From assembly GCA_951406725.2 (NCBI GenBank), contig OX597816.1, forward strand, positions 100,750,001 to 100,814,000: a stretch of 64,000 nt of DNA, in the 5' to 3' direction. This DNA comes from Octopus vulgaris. Its lineage: Eukaryota. Every line of letters begins with the position of its first letter. Position 1 is the first letter of the stretch. The position numbers and the translations under genes are program-made. Shown one piece after another: positions 48,031-63,034 of this stretch. A model generated the notes under the pieces. The model saw nothing but the letters and a program-made list of their open reading frames with translations, ran no database searches and had not been told where the DNA came from.

Positions 48031-51000
48031 ATAGGGTAGCTAAGCTGCTTTCAGTTTATATTCCAGTTCTGCATGTTATAATATGTTTCATATAAGGATA
48101 TGTTAAGAACTTTGAAAAGTTATTGTATGTATGTCATATACTTGCCTGAACAGGAGCAAAAATTTGGAGGTCTCTAACTTTGACTTTCTGTTATTAATAA
48201 GCTACTTTCCTGGAAACTACTCCCTGTCAAAGCTAGAAAAATTGGATATGCTATTTGAAATTAAGACTCAGTGGTCATTGTGGAAACACTTTTGACCATA
48301 GTTCAGTCCAGTAGGGAAAGACTTGAAGCTAACCTACAAGTCATCTGAATCTGTCACAAGATCAGATGCTTAAAAATTTTGGTACTAATTTTGGAATATA
48401 GTGGCAGGGTAATACATATTCCATTTTCAAAGAAAATATGTTTTCTCTGAGATTGCAGGCCATTACTCTACAATATTGTGTATGGTAGATCAATATACTT
48501 TTGTACACTTTTCATCCCAGTTTCTGTAGAAAATAATTTTTGCAATGAAGTGTTGTGTTTCATTTGACAGTATCAGAGCAACTTGTTAGTCAAATAAGTG
48601 AGCTTTTACAAGGTTGCTTACAAGTTAAATGAATATATTTGAGGCTTCATCAACTGTGTTTGTCATACAGTAAATTATATTACTTTTCTTCTAAGAAAGT
48701 GCCAATAACTTTTTTTCTTTCAGAAGACTTCCTTTTATTAACTCTTGCTTTTAGGCAACTTTGTTCTTTTATCTTTGCTGAATATTTCATATTAGTCTTT
48801 TGGCAATATTGGGTTTACAACTGTAGCTCATCTTGTCTTCATTGAATAACACACGATATTCATATTTGCTCAGTAATTGTCTTTTGTTCTATTGCTCATA
48901 GAATTCATACTAAATGGTAAATAAAACCTAATAATGTTTCACTCTCTATTTTCTGTGTGATAGTTATTTATGACTTAATTAAACACTGCAACTTATTCAT
49001 GCAGACCGTTTCAGTACATTATCCCACATCTGTAAAGCCTCCTCTGAACATCTGTGTAATGGCAGATGTCATTAACAAAACACAACTTTATGGAAATAAA
49101 TATAAAATTAGGACTACAATGTCAGAATAAAGGATAAAGTAGTTCATGAGTATGATGGGGAGAACAATAATCTTCCCCTAAATTGTGCATGTATGCACAT
49201 GCACTTGCAAATAGATGCACATTAACATTGTCAGATTTGTCATTCACAGATCTGGCCAAATTCATGTTTCATGTTTACCCAGCATGTATCAACTATTCAC
49301 ACTATATGTCCAAACCAAAATGGAATGTTTTGTAACTAAATTATTTGACCATTTGTAAAGTAATATCCCATATCTAATTCCAGTAAAAATTTTAATCTCT
49401 TCTGCATCACCGTCATACAGTACAATACTTCACACACATGTTTTCCAAATTTTTATTTGGAACAAAGAGAAATAGCCTATTTTGTCATATAGAAGAAATT
49501 CCTTGAATATTAATGATTCATTCTCTAATCAATATACTATTCATATAACCACTTGAAATTTTAATATCAACTATTTAACTAGCTACAAATTATGTATTAA
49601 GCAGGACTCTTTCCCAGATTCTTATATTCTACCTAGAGATTGATACTTTAAGCTTTATCTTCAAAGTCTTAAAATGTTTATCTGTAGTACCTAAAAAATT
49701 CTACAATAAGTACCAGATCAATCATCGCCATGTGATGTTTTTTCAAATTTATTGATTTTCAAATTCCTTTGTGATTGTTACAAGGAGTACAGTTAGAAGA
49801 TAAGAGTTGATAACGGAATCTGAATGGATACACTAATTCTCATAGGAATCACTGCCAATCTGAAACTTGCATATAGAACTCTCATATTTGATCTTAACTC
49901 TTTTATATTTGGTATTCGGCCTCACCATTTTTTTACAATAACTAATGTGGAAGCACAAATGCATACACATGGAATGATGGGGCAAATATTCATATGAGTG
50001 AGTTCATATAGATATATAAATATAAAGTGTTTGTAAATATTTGCCTTTAACTTGGTTTATAAATCTTATTTGGAAATACGATGCAGATTTTGCATGTAAT
50101 ATTCTTTTAGTTTCCTTTTTCTGAGATCATATTTCACAAAGGAATTATCTTGATAATAAAATATACAGAAAACTTATTAATTTCTTTAAAATTTCCCATT
50201 AAATAATCTTTTAAATTTTCTGTCATCCCCAAAACAAAACAATGATTTTTCCTTACTTTAGTTTAAGAAAATAATTCCAGTTATCCTCTTGTTCGCTTTT
50301 TTTTTATTTAACTTTGAAGATTTTGGTGAAACTTTTAAATTTCCCACAGTATACATCTTTTACATGTATCTGTAAATGTTTTGTTTGTTTAAGACATTGC
50401 CATGTATACCATGTTAATATTCAAATTTAAGCAAACACTTGTAATATAAATATATAAGCACTGTTAGGTGCTAAATAGGTTATTTTTTATGTATTAAAAT
50501 CTTACCATCATACAATCTAACAAAGCTCTGATTTTTATCATACCAGTATATTTTAATGGCTACTTGGATTGGTATATCTATATGTGTGTATATAATTGTT
50601 TTATTATTAATATTTCATCAGTTACATAATATTCACTCTAAATTATTCACAACCGATTCTATTTTTTTTAGCATGCACCTGGAGTATGTATAATTCTTTT
50701 TTACTCCCTTGTTCACATAAACATGTATATACTACTGCAATATATGCATGCATACATCTGTCTACATACATATGTATGTATGTATGTATATGTAAAGTAG
50801 CATGCCCCCCTTCTATTATCTTATACTCATGAACTTTAGAGTGAAGTAACCTATGGAAAAATAATTAAGGCAAATTAAAAACTACATTTTGTAGAATGCA
50901 TGAATATGTTTTATCCAATAGAAGTATAATTAGACATGAAGAATCATAAAACATATACATACATATCATTGCATATTATTTCATGTAATTTTGATTTCAT

Positions 51001-51318
51001 TTTGCATGCAAATACATGTATACATCTGTTAATTTTGCTATTGCTTTTTTTTTTTTTTTTTTCAAAAATTAAATTCATATAATTAACATTTGGTGTATTT
51101 AATTGTTTTTATTTTGTGCTAATGAGCCATCAAATGTAAACACAGAAATGCTTTTATCTTAAAACAATCATGTACAAAATTAACATACTTGCATAATATT
51201 CATTGTTTTGTTTTAATATGTTTTCTTTTCTCATTTTTGTATATTTTGTTTGTTTATTTTGTTGAAAAGTTATTTTGTTCTCTGGCATTGGTTCTCTTTT
51301 TATTTTTGCAATCTCTAG

Positions 51319-51330
51319 AATGAACTTACA
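51319..51330 (+). CDS. Candidate 12-nt microexon (NELT)
   Basis: About 130 nt of U-rich sequence, TGC ~10 nt before the AG, 12 nt in frame, weak donor ACA|GTTTGT. Confidence 0.25.
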
Positions 51331-51689
51331 GTTTGTATTGTTTTATTATCATACATATTGCATAATACATTGATTAGTTCTTATCTTTATGAATTGATTT
51401 TAAAATGATTTTGCTACAAATTTCAGCCTTTATTTTATAACTAGATTTTTAACTGTTAACAGCTTTATTATTATTTTTTTTATAAATGGCAGCTCTAAAC
51501 ACATTTATAAAGAGTGCAACTGCCATTTCCACTTCAAAATAAATCAAAAGTTGATGTAACCTTTCAAGATGTAGAAGTCACACCTCAATCATGCTCTACT
51601 CATATTTAAGTGAAAAGAAGTTTATAATCAGTTTCCTATTTTTCTAAAGTTATTGAAGTATGGATAAAGAAATTCATCTGAATGAACAT

Positions 51690-52340
51690 TATAGAAATAA
51701 TAAGCTGATCAGAGGAGGAAAGGCAGACTGAAGAGATAGATACACTAGATGTTCAGCAGCCTCAACACCTGTAGGCTAGTGTCTGGTGGAGGATAGAATT
51801 CCAGAGTATCTCAAATCTTTAGTGTGGGTCTTGGAGCAGAGACAGAGTAGTAATAATGAGGAGGTTTATGTATGGAACAAGTGGGCCTAATTGGAGAGAC
51901 TATTGAAATAGCTAGTTCAGAAACTATTGTAATATCAATAGAAGGATCAAACAAAAGAAATTACCTGTCTTTGAGATAGTAGTTTAAGCTTGCTAGTGAT
52001 TGAACCTTTGCCAATCAGCTGAATGTTCTTTTGAATTAGCTTTGCAGAGGGTTTAGTAACTGATTGATGTAGTTTATGAGATGTGTAGAGTCATCATGAG
52101 TAATGAATGTAAGGATTAACCTTTGAGTGTTTTAATTATCTGTTGTTCATGACTAGAGAGGGTGTATAATACGGGAATTTTGCTTATAAATGTAGTGATT
52201 AAGGCATTTAATTGTTGAAAGAAAATTGACTACTATGTTTCCATTGAAAGATTCTCTCACTGTTTCTGTTTATGGATTCAGTGTCTGGAATGAACTAGTT
52301 AGGCTATGTTTAAATAATACCTGTATGTAGTAGGTTAAGT
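51690..52340 (-). mobile_element. Possible old Penelope-like RT remnant
   Basis: Weak minus-strand KIPVLYTL and YINQLLNP fragments resembling the PLE RT N-terminus; base composition differs from the flanks. Confidence 0.3.
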
Positions 52341-53299
52341 TTAGGAGAAGAATATCATTCAACTAATATTGAGTGATAATAGTGGTATATAACTATTTTC
52401 GTTTTGAAAACACTTTAACACATGAATTTTATTCTGTTTCACCTGTCAATCTAAGAGGTTAATTATTCATTTACAAAAAAGGAAAATGCCTTACAACTTA
52501 ATGACATTAGTCCAAATGGTCACTTCTAAATTACCTCAAAATTTCAATGCTGAAATTGATCTAAATTTAATGAACTAACTTAAATTTTTATCATCTTCAT
52601 TTCACTATGATATTGTATCTATTTTTCACAGATGAAGTCTGAAGCTAAAAGAAAAGTTTACATGTAAAGATTTGTCAGTAGCTAGTTTTACTTTATGTTC
52701 AGGAATGATTTCAACTAAATTGACCTTAAATAACTCTATTTTGTCACTTTTTTGTGATTACATTTTTTCCAACTTAGTCTTTTGACAGAGATTATTTCAG
52801 AATTTCATCTCTATTCCCATTGATAATAATAGTTAGATAATTGAGTACCATCAAACTGCAATAGAAACAATTACAATTTTTTTAAATCCAAGCTAAGATT
52901 AAATATATAGAATTCAAACAATTATTACTAGTACAATTTTTATGATTCAGTCCATTATGAATTGATGATAACAATCTATTTATCAGATTTTTTCTACAAC
53001 TCTTCAGTAATCTGTGAGACATTATTTAAAAAGTGGTGGAAAATCTTAATTTAGAACCATTCATAAATAAAGCAGAAATTTATTTCATAGAGGAAGAATA
53101 GCTACTCATCATCGTTTCATTTGAGCTTCTAATTTAAATAGTCCTTTTTCTTAAATCTGTGAGGCAAGCTCATCTCCCAGTTATGACAAAATAGCTGCTA
53201 ACAATCAAAGACCAAATACCAGCATTGTCTCAAAAAAATTCCAAAGTGGGCATAACGTTTTTATTAGCTGACACAGGTTGTTGAAATTGCACATGTTGG

Positions 53300-53690
53300 T
53301 AGAGTAATTCTTACTTTATGCAAACTTATTACTTATCATAGTCCACATCATGAGTAATCCATTTGTGCCATCATTTAATCTAACTCTTGAATCCTGTTAA
53401 AAAAATTCTTTAATGCACTGTTGTACCTACTTCTTCACAGTCACATTTCATCTGTATCATCAAATCATTGTTGCCAAAGATTATCTTTCATTGGATGAAA
53501 AGATAGGTATCAGAGGGTACTGATCGAAGCAAAGCAGTGGATGGGGTATCATTGACCAACTCAGTTTTCCAGTTGTTTTATTTGTTGCCCAAGATGTGTG
53601 AGATCATACATTGCCATGATGATAGTTGATCGTTTTCAGGTTCTTGCTTAGTCTCTTTCTGTTGATGGCTTCTCTAAACCTTTTGATGTT
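53300..53690 (-). mobile_element. Very old mariner C-terminal remnant
   Basis: Minus strand WSMIPHP...PSDTYL, resembling W..LPHPPYSPDLAPSDY.LF. Confidence 0.45.
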
Positions 53691-56600
53691 TCAGTACACC
53701 TATTCTTGTTTGTAGAACAGCTGTATTTCTTGTTTGACAAATACTTTATAAGGCTTACTATGTATTTGGATTGTCTGTCTTTCTTGGCAATAACAGTAAC
53801 CTAGTAAAGAAGGCAGCTCTCTCTAAAGATACAACACATAACTAAAATACAGTTTTATGTGTATAAGCTCTTAAATAAAGGACATAAGCACTTACAATTT
53901 TCTCATCAATTTGTTATCTAACCATTTATATAGAATGTCATACTCATGCCTACTTACACACATGTAACCCCACACTCACATACATGGAAGAGTCCTTGAT
54001 CAGTTATAGGAAAAGAGGATGAAAATTGCTACCGAAATTTTAATAATGAAAGTTATTTAGAAAGTATTGGAATTTTCATAATAAATTTGTTTGTAAGTAT
54101 GCTGAATATGAAATGCTGGGACGATAAATATTTTCTCTAATGAGAAAGTCTGTTGCCGAGCTAATTATAAAAGCTATTTAGCTGTTGTAACTGTACCCAC
54201 TAAATGTTTAATAACAAAGATTAAGGTGAAACAATGGATCTCTCTCATAGTACTGAACTAAGTAAAATATAGAAGGTTTGATGATTAAACAGTTTAAAGT
54301 TAAAATTCTGCTATGACTTACCATTTTAACACTGGACTCATAACATTTCGGAGTTTAAGATATTCCATAACCATTTAGTTATATTATGTGCTATATGTTT
54401 GTTTTAGTATTGTTTTGCTAGAGCTGGATACTCAAAATTTGTATTCACATGGGATTTTTAATCCATCTGAAGAATAACTGCAGATTTTATTTTAGTCCAT
54501 CTATTATATCTTTGAGTGCTCTCTAGTTTGATCTCTTAATAATACAAATTAAATAACATCTAATTTTCAACAGAAATTGGTAAATTTATTATGTTGCTAT
54601 ATACATAATTTAGTAATGGAGCTATTAGAGCAAAGCCTCTTAATTATACATTAGATGGCTAGGCTGATACATTCTAGTCATTTATTTTCAACTCTAACCC
54701 TAAGTTCTCTATAAATAATATATATATAAACAAAGATTACAAGTTGTCATACAATGGAACAAATATATTTCTCTATTTCTCTTTGAAGATATTTCAGTGT
54801 AAGGCGTTTAATTTTTGAGGGTGGAGGCAGGTTGTGTGTATGTTTTTATATATCACATGAAACCTTAACTATAATAAATACAACATTGAATTAATGCAAT
54901 TCTTTCTAAATGGCAAATGGTTGAAATTGAACTCTATTCCAAATGTGAGAGAATTTTGTTTTTACTATTGAATATTTTATGCTTTCTATAAAATCTCGAA
55001 AAGTATTTCAGAAATATGTTAGAAAGATCTCAATACACAAATCGAAGTTCATTAAATTTTATCATATTCTAGCATGTCCTTCAATTATTTTCTTTTATTA
55101 GTTATATTTGTTGTTTTTGTTTGTCAAATATATATATGCATTATTTTTGTGTATATGTGTATTCATTGATGTACATGTAGCCTTTGGTGAGTATATATCT
55201 ACATGCAAACATGCATAGTTAAAGCACTTAAGCTACTCATGTATGATATCAAAGAAATGTATTTTGTATCTGTAACTATGTGATGGAATGGAATTTTCTG
55301 TTCATACAAAGTAAATAGAGTTGCACTATGAATCAGGCTCTTAGATTATTTGTAGTTGCTTATTTTCATAAGTATTCTGCTTATGACCTTGCACAGGACA
55401 GTTAATGGTATTAGCTGGTCTACCATGACTGAATCATGAGATCCCTGACATTTTTGAGGATTCGGTTAAAGTATGGCTCAATGTAACTAGAATAACAAAT
55501 AACTTTAGCATTTGTCATATAGAATGCAATTGTTATTTTTATGGTAGGTATTAATTTTTCATCAGAGATAAGCTGGTGTTTGATAATATTAAATACATTT
55601 AACAGTCTAGTGAAACCTGTACTCAAACTTTCATTGATTTCAAATATTATCATATCTATTTGGATGATTGTATGAAATGTCTTTTCTCTACTCTTTCTTG
55701 TGGTTAAGTATGCATGCACACACACATGTATACACACACATACACTTCCAGTAATGTTTACTCAAGAGAATTTAGGATATATTTTCATTGACCAAGACCC
55801 ATAGTTCAATGATGTAAAAAGATTTTGGTTTATCACGCAAAGTGCTAAAATATATTGTATTTCTAATTGTATAAATTTTTGTGACTTTATGAATAACTAT
55901 TCACAAAACTATATTACTAATTGAATAGTTAAGAATATATTTTGATTGTTCTTTTCAGTTCAATTCTGTATTTTATATCATTTTATTTTTTATAAGTATT
56001 TTTCAAATGCAATGTAAAGTTCTTAAAAATCTACCTGTCAAGATTCATGTTCATACAGAATATGTATAAAAATACATTTAGAGAGTAATTGAATCATACA
56101 AGCATTAAATCATACTGAAGTTTTGTCTGTGTGATAGTGAACTATATAACATAAGATTATAAAACTTAATACTTCAAAGACATTTTTTTAATACTTAATT
56201 ACTAACATTTTTATGTATTTAACAACCAGTCTGTATTATTATTTTAGATCCTTCACCTTTCTACTTAAATATTTCTTCTTTTCTGTCTTTACTGTACTAC
56301 ATTATTTGTGAAATATTTGTTAGATAAACATTTTCAACTCTTTATTTGCAAATCATTATCATCATCATCATCATTATCATTATTATTATTATTGGTATGT
56401 GTGCCTGTGTGTGTGTTTTGTATTATGAACATGAAAATACTTTTTTTGTCAATTTTCAGTTGTGTGAAAATTATAAAGCTTTCCACTAATACTTGTATTT
56501 TTTGACAGGTTCATTTTTTAATCTATTTTTTTTATGTATTATTATTGATCTTTATTGTATTCTGCCTTCTATTTATGATGATGTTGGTGACAGTAGTTGC

Positions 56601-58040
56601 TAGTTTCACTAAAATCATTTGCTCTTTTAAAGCAATTCAGATTTTCCCTCTTCCTTATAGAGATTCTCATTTCAAATGCTATGTCAGTTGATCTAAATGT
56701 TATCGTTTACATGATTTGTAACAAGTCAAAAAGTTTATTATTGCTAATCAGTTGCTTTTATCTGTGCCATAAATCTTGAAATGAGTGAGGCCAGATTGAC
56801 ATCAGATTGACATCACTCAATCCTAAAGCATTGAACAGAAATCTTTATTCCTGAAAAATGCTGTTTTGTTTGTAGTTTGATAAAAGTATGAACATTTATA
56901 TCTATTTAGTTCAGCTACTTATGCTTCAGAAAAGAAATATATATCAAAAGTATTTTTTAAATAAATACTTAGCTGTATTACAAATGTTAAATTGTTATAA
57001 AGTATTTTCTCTCATTTTAAATATTAAATTACTTTTACTAAACTCATCACCATAGTAATCTTTCATTTACTCATAGACTTCTGATTAATTATATAATAAT
57101 ACTCTGCAATATAGCAACATATTTTGTCTATATATGAAAATATATAAATGTATTTGTTGACTGCTATTTATATTGGCAAATAAATTCCTACCCATGTGTA
57201 TGTTACAACATTAAACAAACCAATACAATAAAATGTCAATACGTGCTTCAGTATTATATATCAACCAATATACACTTTAACAAAGTAGAATACCAATCAA
57301 TGTAAAGATATATGAAACTCTTTAGTTCTCTTCTTTCTATTGCACCACACACAAAATAAATATAATCTTCTTCTGCTCACATATAGTATTTTTCAGACTT
57401 ACATGATGGTAGGAAAGCTATATAATAGGATGGGTGTAATGGTAATAAATAAACATGTATTTCAGTAAATAAAGTGTAGTCAATCACAGAAATTTAGTTT
57501 AGTAATGGATGTTTCCAGCCAGTTCAGCTACTAAGATCTAAAACATTTCAACTGAAATATTGAACACAACCACTTCAACAATATTGCTTACTTAAAGACT
57601 ATAGCTTCAACTTTTCAACTCTAGATTCATACAAAATAGCTCTTGTGGCAGCCAATTTGAACCACAACAGTTTAAAAGACGAAACAATTCTATTGGAGGG
57701 ACATAAGGAAATGCTTATGATATTCATAGAATGTATCAACATAAATTGTATGATAGCATGGCATGTTTATACTTTGTTATATGACTGATAAAGTAGTGAA
57801 GAACAGATTATTGAGTTTTGCAAACTGTAATAGCTATCTGAGTGTAATAATATATTTATAACAGTGTGCAAAGTTTTTTCTGATCAAGGTATACTTTTGT
57901 AACAATAAACAGTTTGTATCAATATTTAAATAAATCCTAGAAAAAGCAATACAGAATTTTTCAATATCTATATTTATGTTTTGTTATAGTATTTTCAATT
58001 ACACACATACACACTCAAATTTCAAATGAAAGCAATCTTA

Positions 58041-58427
58041 GCATGACTGTATAGTAAGAAGCTTTGCTTACCAACCACATGGTTTCCTGTTCAGTTCTAC
58101 TGTGTGGCACCTTGGGTTAGTGTCTTCTACTATAGCTTTGGGCTGACCAAAGCCTTGTGAGTGGATTCTGTAGATGGAAACTGGAAGAAGCCCATCATAT
58201 ATGTATGTATATATTTGTGTATGCATCTGTGTTTGTCCCCCACTATCGCTAGACAACCGATGTTAGTGTGTTTATGTCCCCGTAACCCAGCAGTTCAGCA
58301 GAAGAGGCTGATAGAATAAGTTCTAGGCTTACAAAGAATAAGTTCTGGGGACAATTTGTTTGACTAAAGGCAGTGCTCCAGCATGGCTGCAGTCAAATGA
58401 CTGAAACAAGTAAAGGAATAAAGGAAT
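58041..58427 (+). mobile_element. CORE-type SINE
   Basis: Colinear with the 34792 copy, with CpG-type divergence. Confidence 0.9.
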
Positions 58428-58929
58428 CTTCAATCTTTGCATTATTTTTCTACTTAAACATTATTGTTGTTTTGATAGGAAAACAAAAAGTAATAATTTT
58501 TATATATAAATAAGATGGATCAGGAACTTTTTTTAAATATCAGTTCATTATCAAAACATTCCTGTAACTAGTTTAATCTAAAACAATAAACTGATATATT
58601 CTAGAATAAATTAAAAAGTAGAACAGATGATTGGTGGTATATGGTTCTTGAAACTAAGTTGTAGTAATACTGTGTTTGTGTGTATAAATATAAATAAATA
58701 AATATATATATATATATATAATTTGAGTATTGAGTATGTTTTTAGTAGTTAGCCTATGAAGCACGTTCACTGCCTATGACTGCCTGATGTCATCCACAGT
58801 ATTTACACAATTGTCGTTGAATCCACCTCAGGAATTCTTCTGTGTTCTTTGAGTATATAACATTTACATCTCTATCATTTGGTATATTCCATTTTCTGTC
58901 CCTGTCATTTGTTATATATATATATAACA

Positions 58930-59852
58930 AGCATGCACAACTGGACCCTTTCAACCAGTTTCCTTCCCTCTTATGATGCCATCCAGAATCTCTCTAGGTA
59001 CAGATCTTCCTTGGTACCTCTTTTCTAATCATCTAAAATGATTTCATTCCTTATCCATGAATACTTTTCTCTCCCTGATATTAATATACACTTTCAATGA
59101 TACACCTTGCCACTGAGCCACCAAATTGCCTCTCCAACATTCTCTTTCTGCTCAGGCACTACACTTACCTTTCTCTCTGCACACACACTCCATACCTAAC
59201 CACGTGTTATCTCTTCCATCATTCTTCTATCTAATGTACTATCATTACAATTCTGCTGATCTATACTGTCAGTCATCTCTTGATCCTCTTACCTCTCCTA
59301 ACTCATTGTCAGCCATCCTTTAATCCTACCCAATCTTTGCAGTGGTTGTCTCCCTTCCCTCACCTATTCCCCATTGCTCACTCACCCATGTTCCCCTGCA
59401 ATCTCCACCCTGCCACACTCTTGGTCTCTGTTCCACTTCTACCCACCCAGTACCTTGAGGGTCCACTCTGACACCATTACTTTTTTCTTTTTCCAACTCC
59501 TACTTGATCACCTCTTCCCTGTCTGTGAAGATGTGAGTAGTTATGCTACAGCAAGAAACCTGGTCTGCTCTGGCCCTGTCTCATAATTTTACCTCCAATC
59601 TCCTTACATGAAACTGCTCCTCCTTCCCTCTGGGTCCATAGCTTGCAAGCTGAATAGCAATCTCACTAGTGCTGGTGGCTTGGAAAATGCACAGAGTATC
59701 AACCGCAAATTGTTTGGTATTAAGAAATGCATCCAACTGTAGAAATTATGCTAAAACAGACTGGAACACAATGCAGTCTTTTGACCTAGCAGAAACTTTC
59801 AAACTGCCTAACCCATGCCAGCTTGGAACATGGACATTAAATGATGATGATG
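58930..59852 (+). mobile_element. Old RTE-tailed repeat with pyrimidine-rich body
   Basis: Ends in aacccatgccagcttggaacatggacattaaat(gat)n; same layout as 63035-64000 (minus). Confidence 0.6.
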
Positions 59853-60667
59853 CTGCTGAAGATTTATGCTTCTAATGAATATGTTCATTGCTAATCTACA
59901 TCTTATACACCCAGAAGCCTATAGTAGTAATCATAGGCTGACATAAATTCAAATATTTTCTCACTAATCTTACTAAAAGTTACAGCATACATTATATATA
60001 TGAACAGTTTTAAATATGTATGTATTTACATATTTATACTTGTACATATATACATATCTGAATCTAAGTGACATACTTGCAATAAAAATGATATAATGTT
60101 ATAAGCTGATGATGATTATGGAATGGTTTTATTGAAATAGTAGTTCAGTGTAGTGAAGTTGTACACTACAAATATAAAGAAACTAGTTCTTTATCTTTCC
60201 TATGAACAAAGTGCTTACTTTATTTTTGAGTAATATTTAATTAATGTAATTTTAAATATAAATTTCATGTTTTAAGTGATTGTTTGTTGTTAAATAGCCT
60301 TGATGATCTATTTTGAGGATGTGTGGGACAGAGATTGCCATTCAAACACTTAACAATAACTCACATAAATCTGGCTTCCCAAATACATTGATATGTAACA
60401 TACAGGTTTGAGTTAAACATTAATGCTTGATCTGTTGCTACCATTTTTTTTAGAACAACCTTTAATTTGCCATGAAATTTAGAAGTCAAAACATATTTGT
60501 AATTTTAAATGCAGTAGGAAGTGTGTTGATAAAGGTTGTTATATAAATGCTTGGCACGCTACGATTGGACATACCAAATATTTATACAAAAGCCCTTGCT
60601 CTGAACCATATTCATTGAATGCACTGCTTGCAGCAATGTAAAGCCAATTTCTTCAGTTACCAAATCA

Positions 60668-61030
60668 AACAAGAGCACTCAGAGAGCGCAAACCTCCACC
60701 AAGGCAACACCAATGTCCTCTCAACGATTAGCCAAAGATGATTTTTAAAATGAGAATATCTGAAATAATCTTGACTGCTCTCTCAAACGAGAATACTAAA
60801 ACTGAGCCCAACCACTCTTAAAAATTAAGTAAAAAACAGGAAAAATAATCCTTGTCCAGTACTGAATCTATCTCAAAATCTAATCAGTTTGTGCCAGTCA
60901 CAAGGCCAAACATCTCTGAAGGTTTCATCCAAATCCATCCAGTGGTTCTTGAGCTATCTTGTCCATGGATAAACAAACAAACAAACTAATGCAACTGTAA
61001 ACAATACCTTCACTAAGGCAGAGGTAATAA
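60668..61030. mobile_element. Helentron-associated (HINE/DINE-like) non-autonomous element
   Basis: Subterminal inverted motifs ACCTCCACC (60692) and GGCAGAGGT (61017), a terminal hairpin acct...aggt, and an internal (AAAC)n. Confidence 0.55.
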
Positions 61031-63034
61031 AATGCAACTGGTCATTAAAGACTACAACCTTCCACACAAGATTTTCATATACACTCATTTCCAATCTATC
61101 CTGTATCGTTCTTTCCTGAATACCATATCTTCTGTATTTAAATTATAAGCCGAAGTATTTTAAAATATTAATTCGTATCATTTATACTAACCTAACGTGT
61201 TATTATATTCCATATACACTGAATTAATAATTCATTATGCAGTTTATTGCTGCTTTAGCAATATCAAATTTAAATTAAAAGCTATACTACTTAAAAACAA
61301 GCCTGTTAAAATGGTGCAATCGAAAGTTGTAATTAATAATAAATTTATTTATTCTTTGGGATGTTGTTGTTCTGCAATGGTTGCAGATGATTTAGTGGAG
61401 TAGATAGTTCCTATTATCCAATAAATGAATAAAAATAAAACAAGCAAACATTTATAACTAGCTAAAATAAAATGAAAAACAGGCACTTTTACAGCAGGCT
61501 AAAATAAAATTATAATTAAAAAACTAAAATATAAATTAAAATTTGATTCATACATCAACAGACACAAATGTACTGATAGCTATTAGGACAGGTGGAATTA
61601 TAATATTGTTCTTTATTTCACTTGGTACTTTTTTTGCATGATTAATTTTTGAACCAAACATAAAGAATTAATATTCTAAAATGTATAGTGGAAATCATTA
61701 AACAAAACTGAATGATGCAGATTTAAAGGAAGGCATGCAGAGAAGTTTCAATTAAGATCCTCTAAAATTTGACCTACCAAGTAGGGAGATTACCATTTGT
61801 TGTTTCTAACAACAAATAGTAAAAGTCAGAAAGGGAAAGAATAAAAGAAATTACAGAAATTCTGCAATTTTTTGATTCAGAAAGAAAAGTAAAAATATTA
61901 AAAATATATATAAAAAGGAAAGAAAACTAAAAACAAAGAACAAATTTTTCTTTATATTCTGAAAACTGATTGAAAATATAATGGGTTGAGGAGTACATAC
62001 TGCTTTCTTTTTTTCCTTTCATTCCTTCTACTAGTTTTATACAAATCAAAAGATGTCTTGTTTGATCAAATGTTAACTCTGAAAACTTTGTAAATGCGGT
62101 TTTGTTAATTTTAATAAAAAAAAATTCATTAAAATAGCAGGTAATTCTCTCTCTCTCATTTTTTTCCCAGTATATTCCTATCAGTTTAGTTATCCTACAG
62201 AATAATAGTGATTTTACAGAATAATGTTGCTTAAAGCACTTGCAGCCGAACTATAATTATTTTCTCATTTTACAGTGCTTTATTCAATGGAAATTTCATT
62301 TAACAAAGAAACAATGAAGTTAAATGAAGAGAGTTTTATTTAGTATTTTGTTTTATCTGAAATAATTTTTTTCATATTGACTTCTTTTATTCTTTTTTAT
62401 TATTTTGTTTTCTTAATTTATCATTATATTATATTTGATAGCCTATCTCCTTGTCCTGTACTTATTACTTTACTTATTTCTAAAGTCAAACTAATTTTGA
62501 CTAAATAATACTTTGCTTAGTATCAAGATTATGACAGTAAAAATGCAACTCAGTACAACAGTTTTGATACAAGCAATAAGAATTAGATTGCCACCAATTT
62601 AAAGGTTAATTTATTTGGGGCCAACCTGACTAATCATAGCTGCAGTGTATATGTTCAATCATTTTATGGCAAAAATGAGGATTTCTTCTTGAAAAACTCA
62701 GTTTCTATAAAACTTTACTATACCTTTGCCATGGAAGTGCATAGATTTTTATCCACAAATATACCATCAAGCATGTTCATTTCTGTCTGTTACCTGTTAC
62801 ATAAATACTGTGGATAGTTAGTGATATTAGCCGGAATATAATGACTAAAGGCAAAAAATTTTATCAATAGGCTTTCTAACTTCTTAAACTGAAACTTGTA
62901 GATGTTTACATTTATATTCAGAAATAAATAACAATATCTTACTCTAAGCTGAATTACATACTCTAAATTGTACCATTGTCAAAATGGTGTTTACTATTCT
63001 TATTTCATCAGCATCATCTTCCTGCTATGGTCCA

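Noticed and set aside
51484-51528. Possible pre-miRNA (aaatggcag...ctgccattt)
   Set aside because: The stem is short with a large asymmetric bulge, and I recognise no mature sequence.
52632-52682. Exon candidate MKSEAKRKVLHVKICQ after tttttcacAG
   Set aside because: In-frame stop, no convincing donor, and no RBD similarity.
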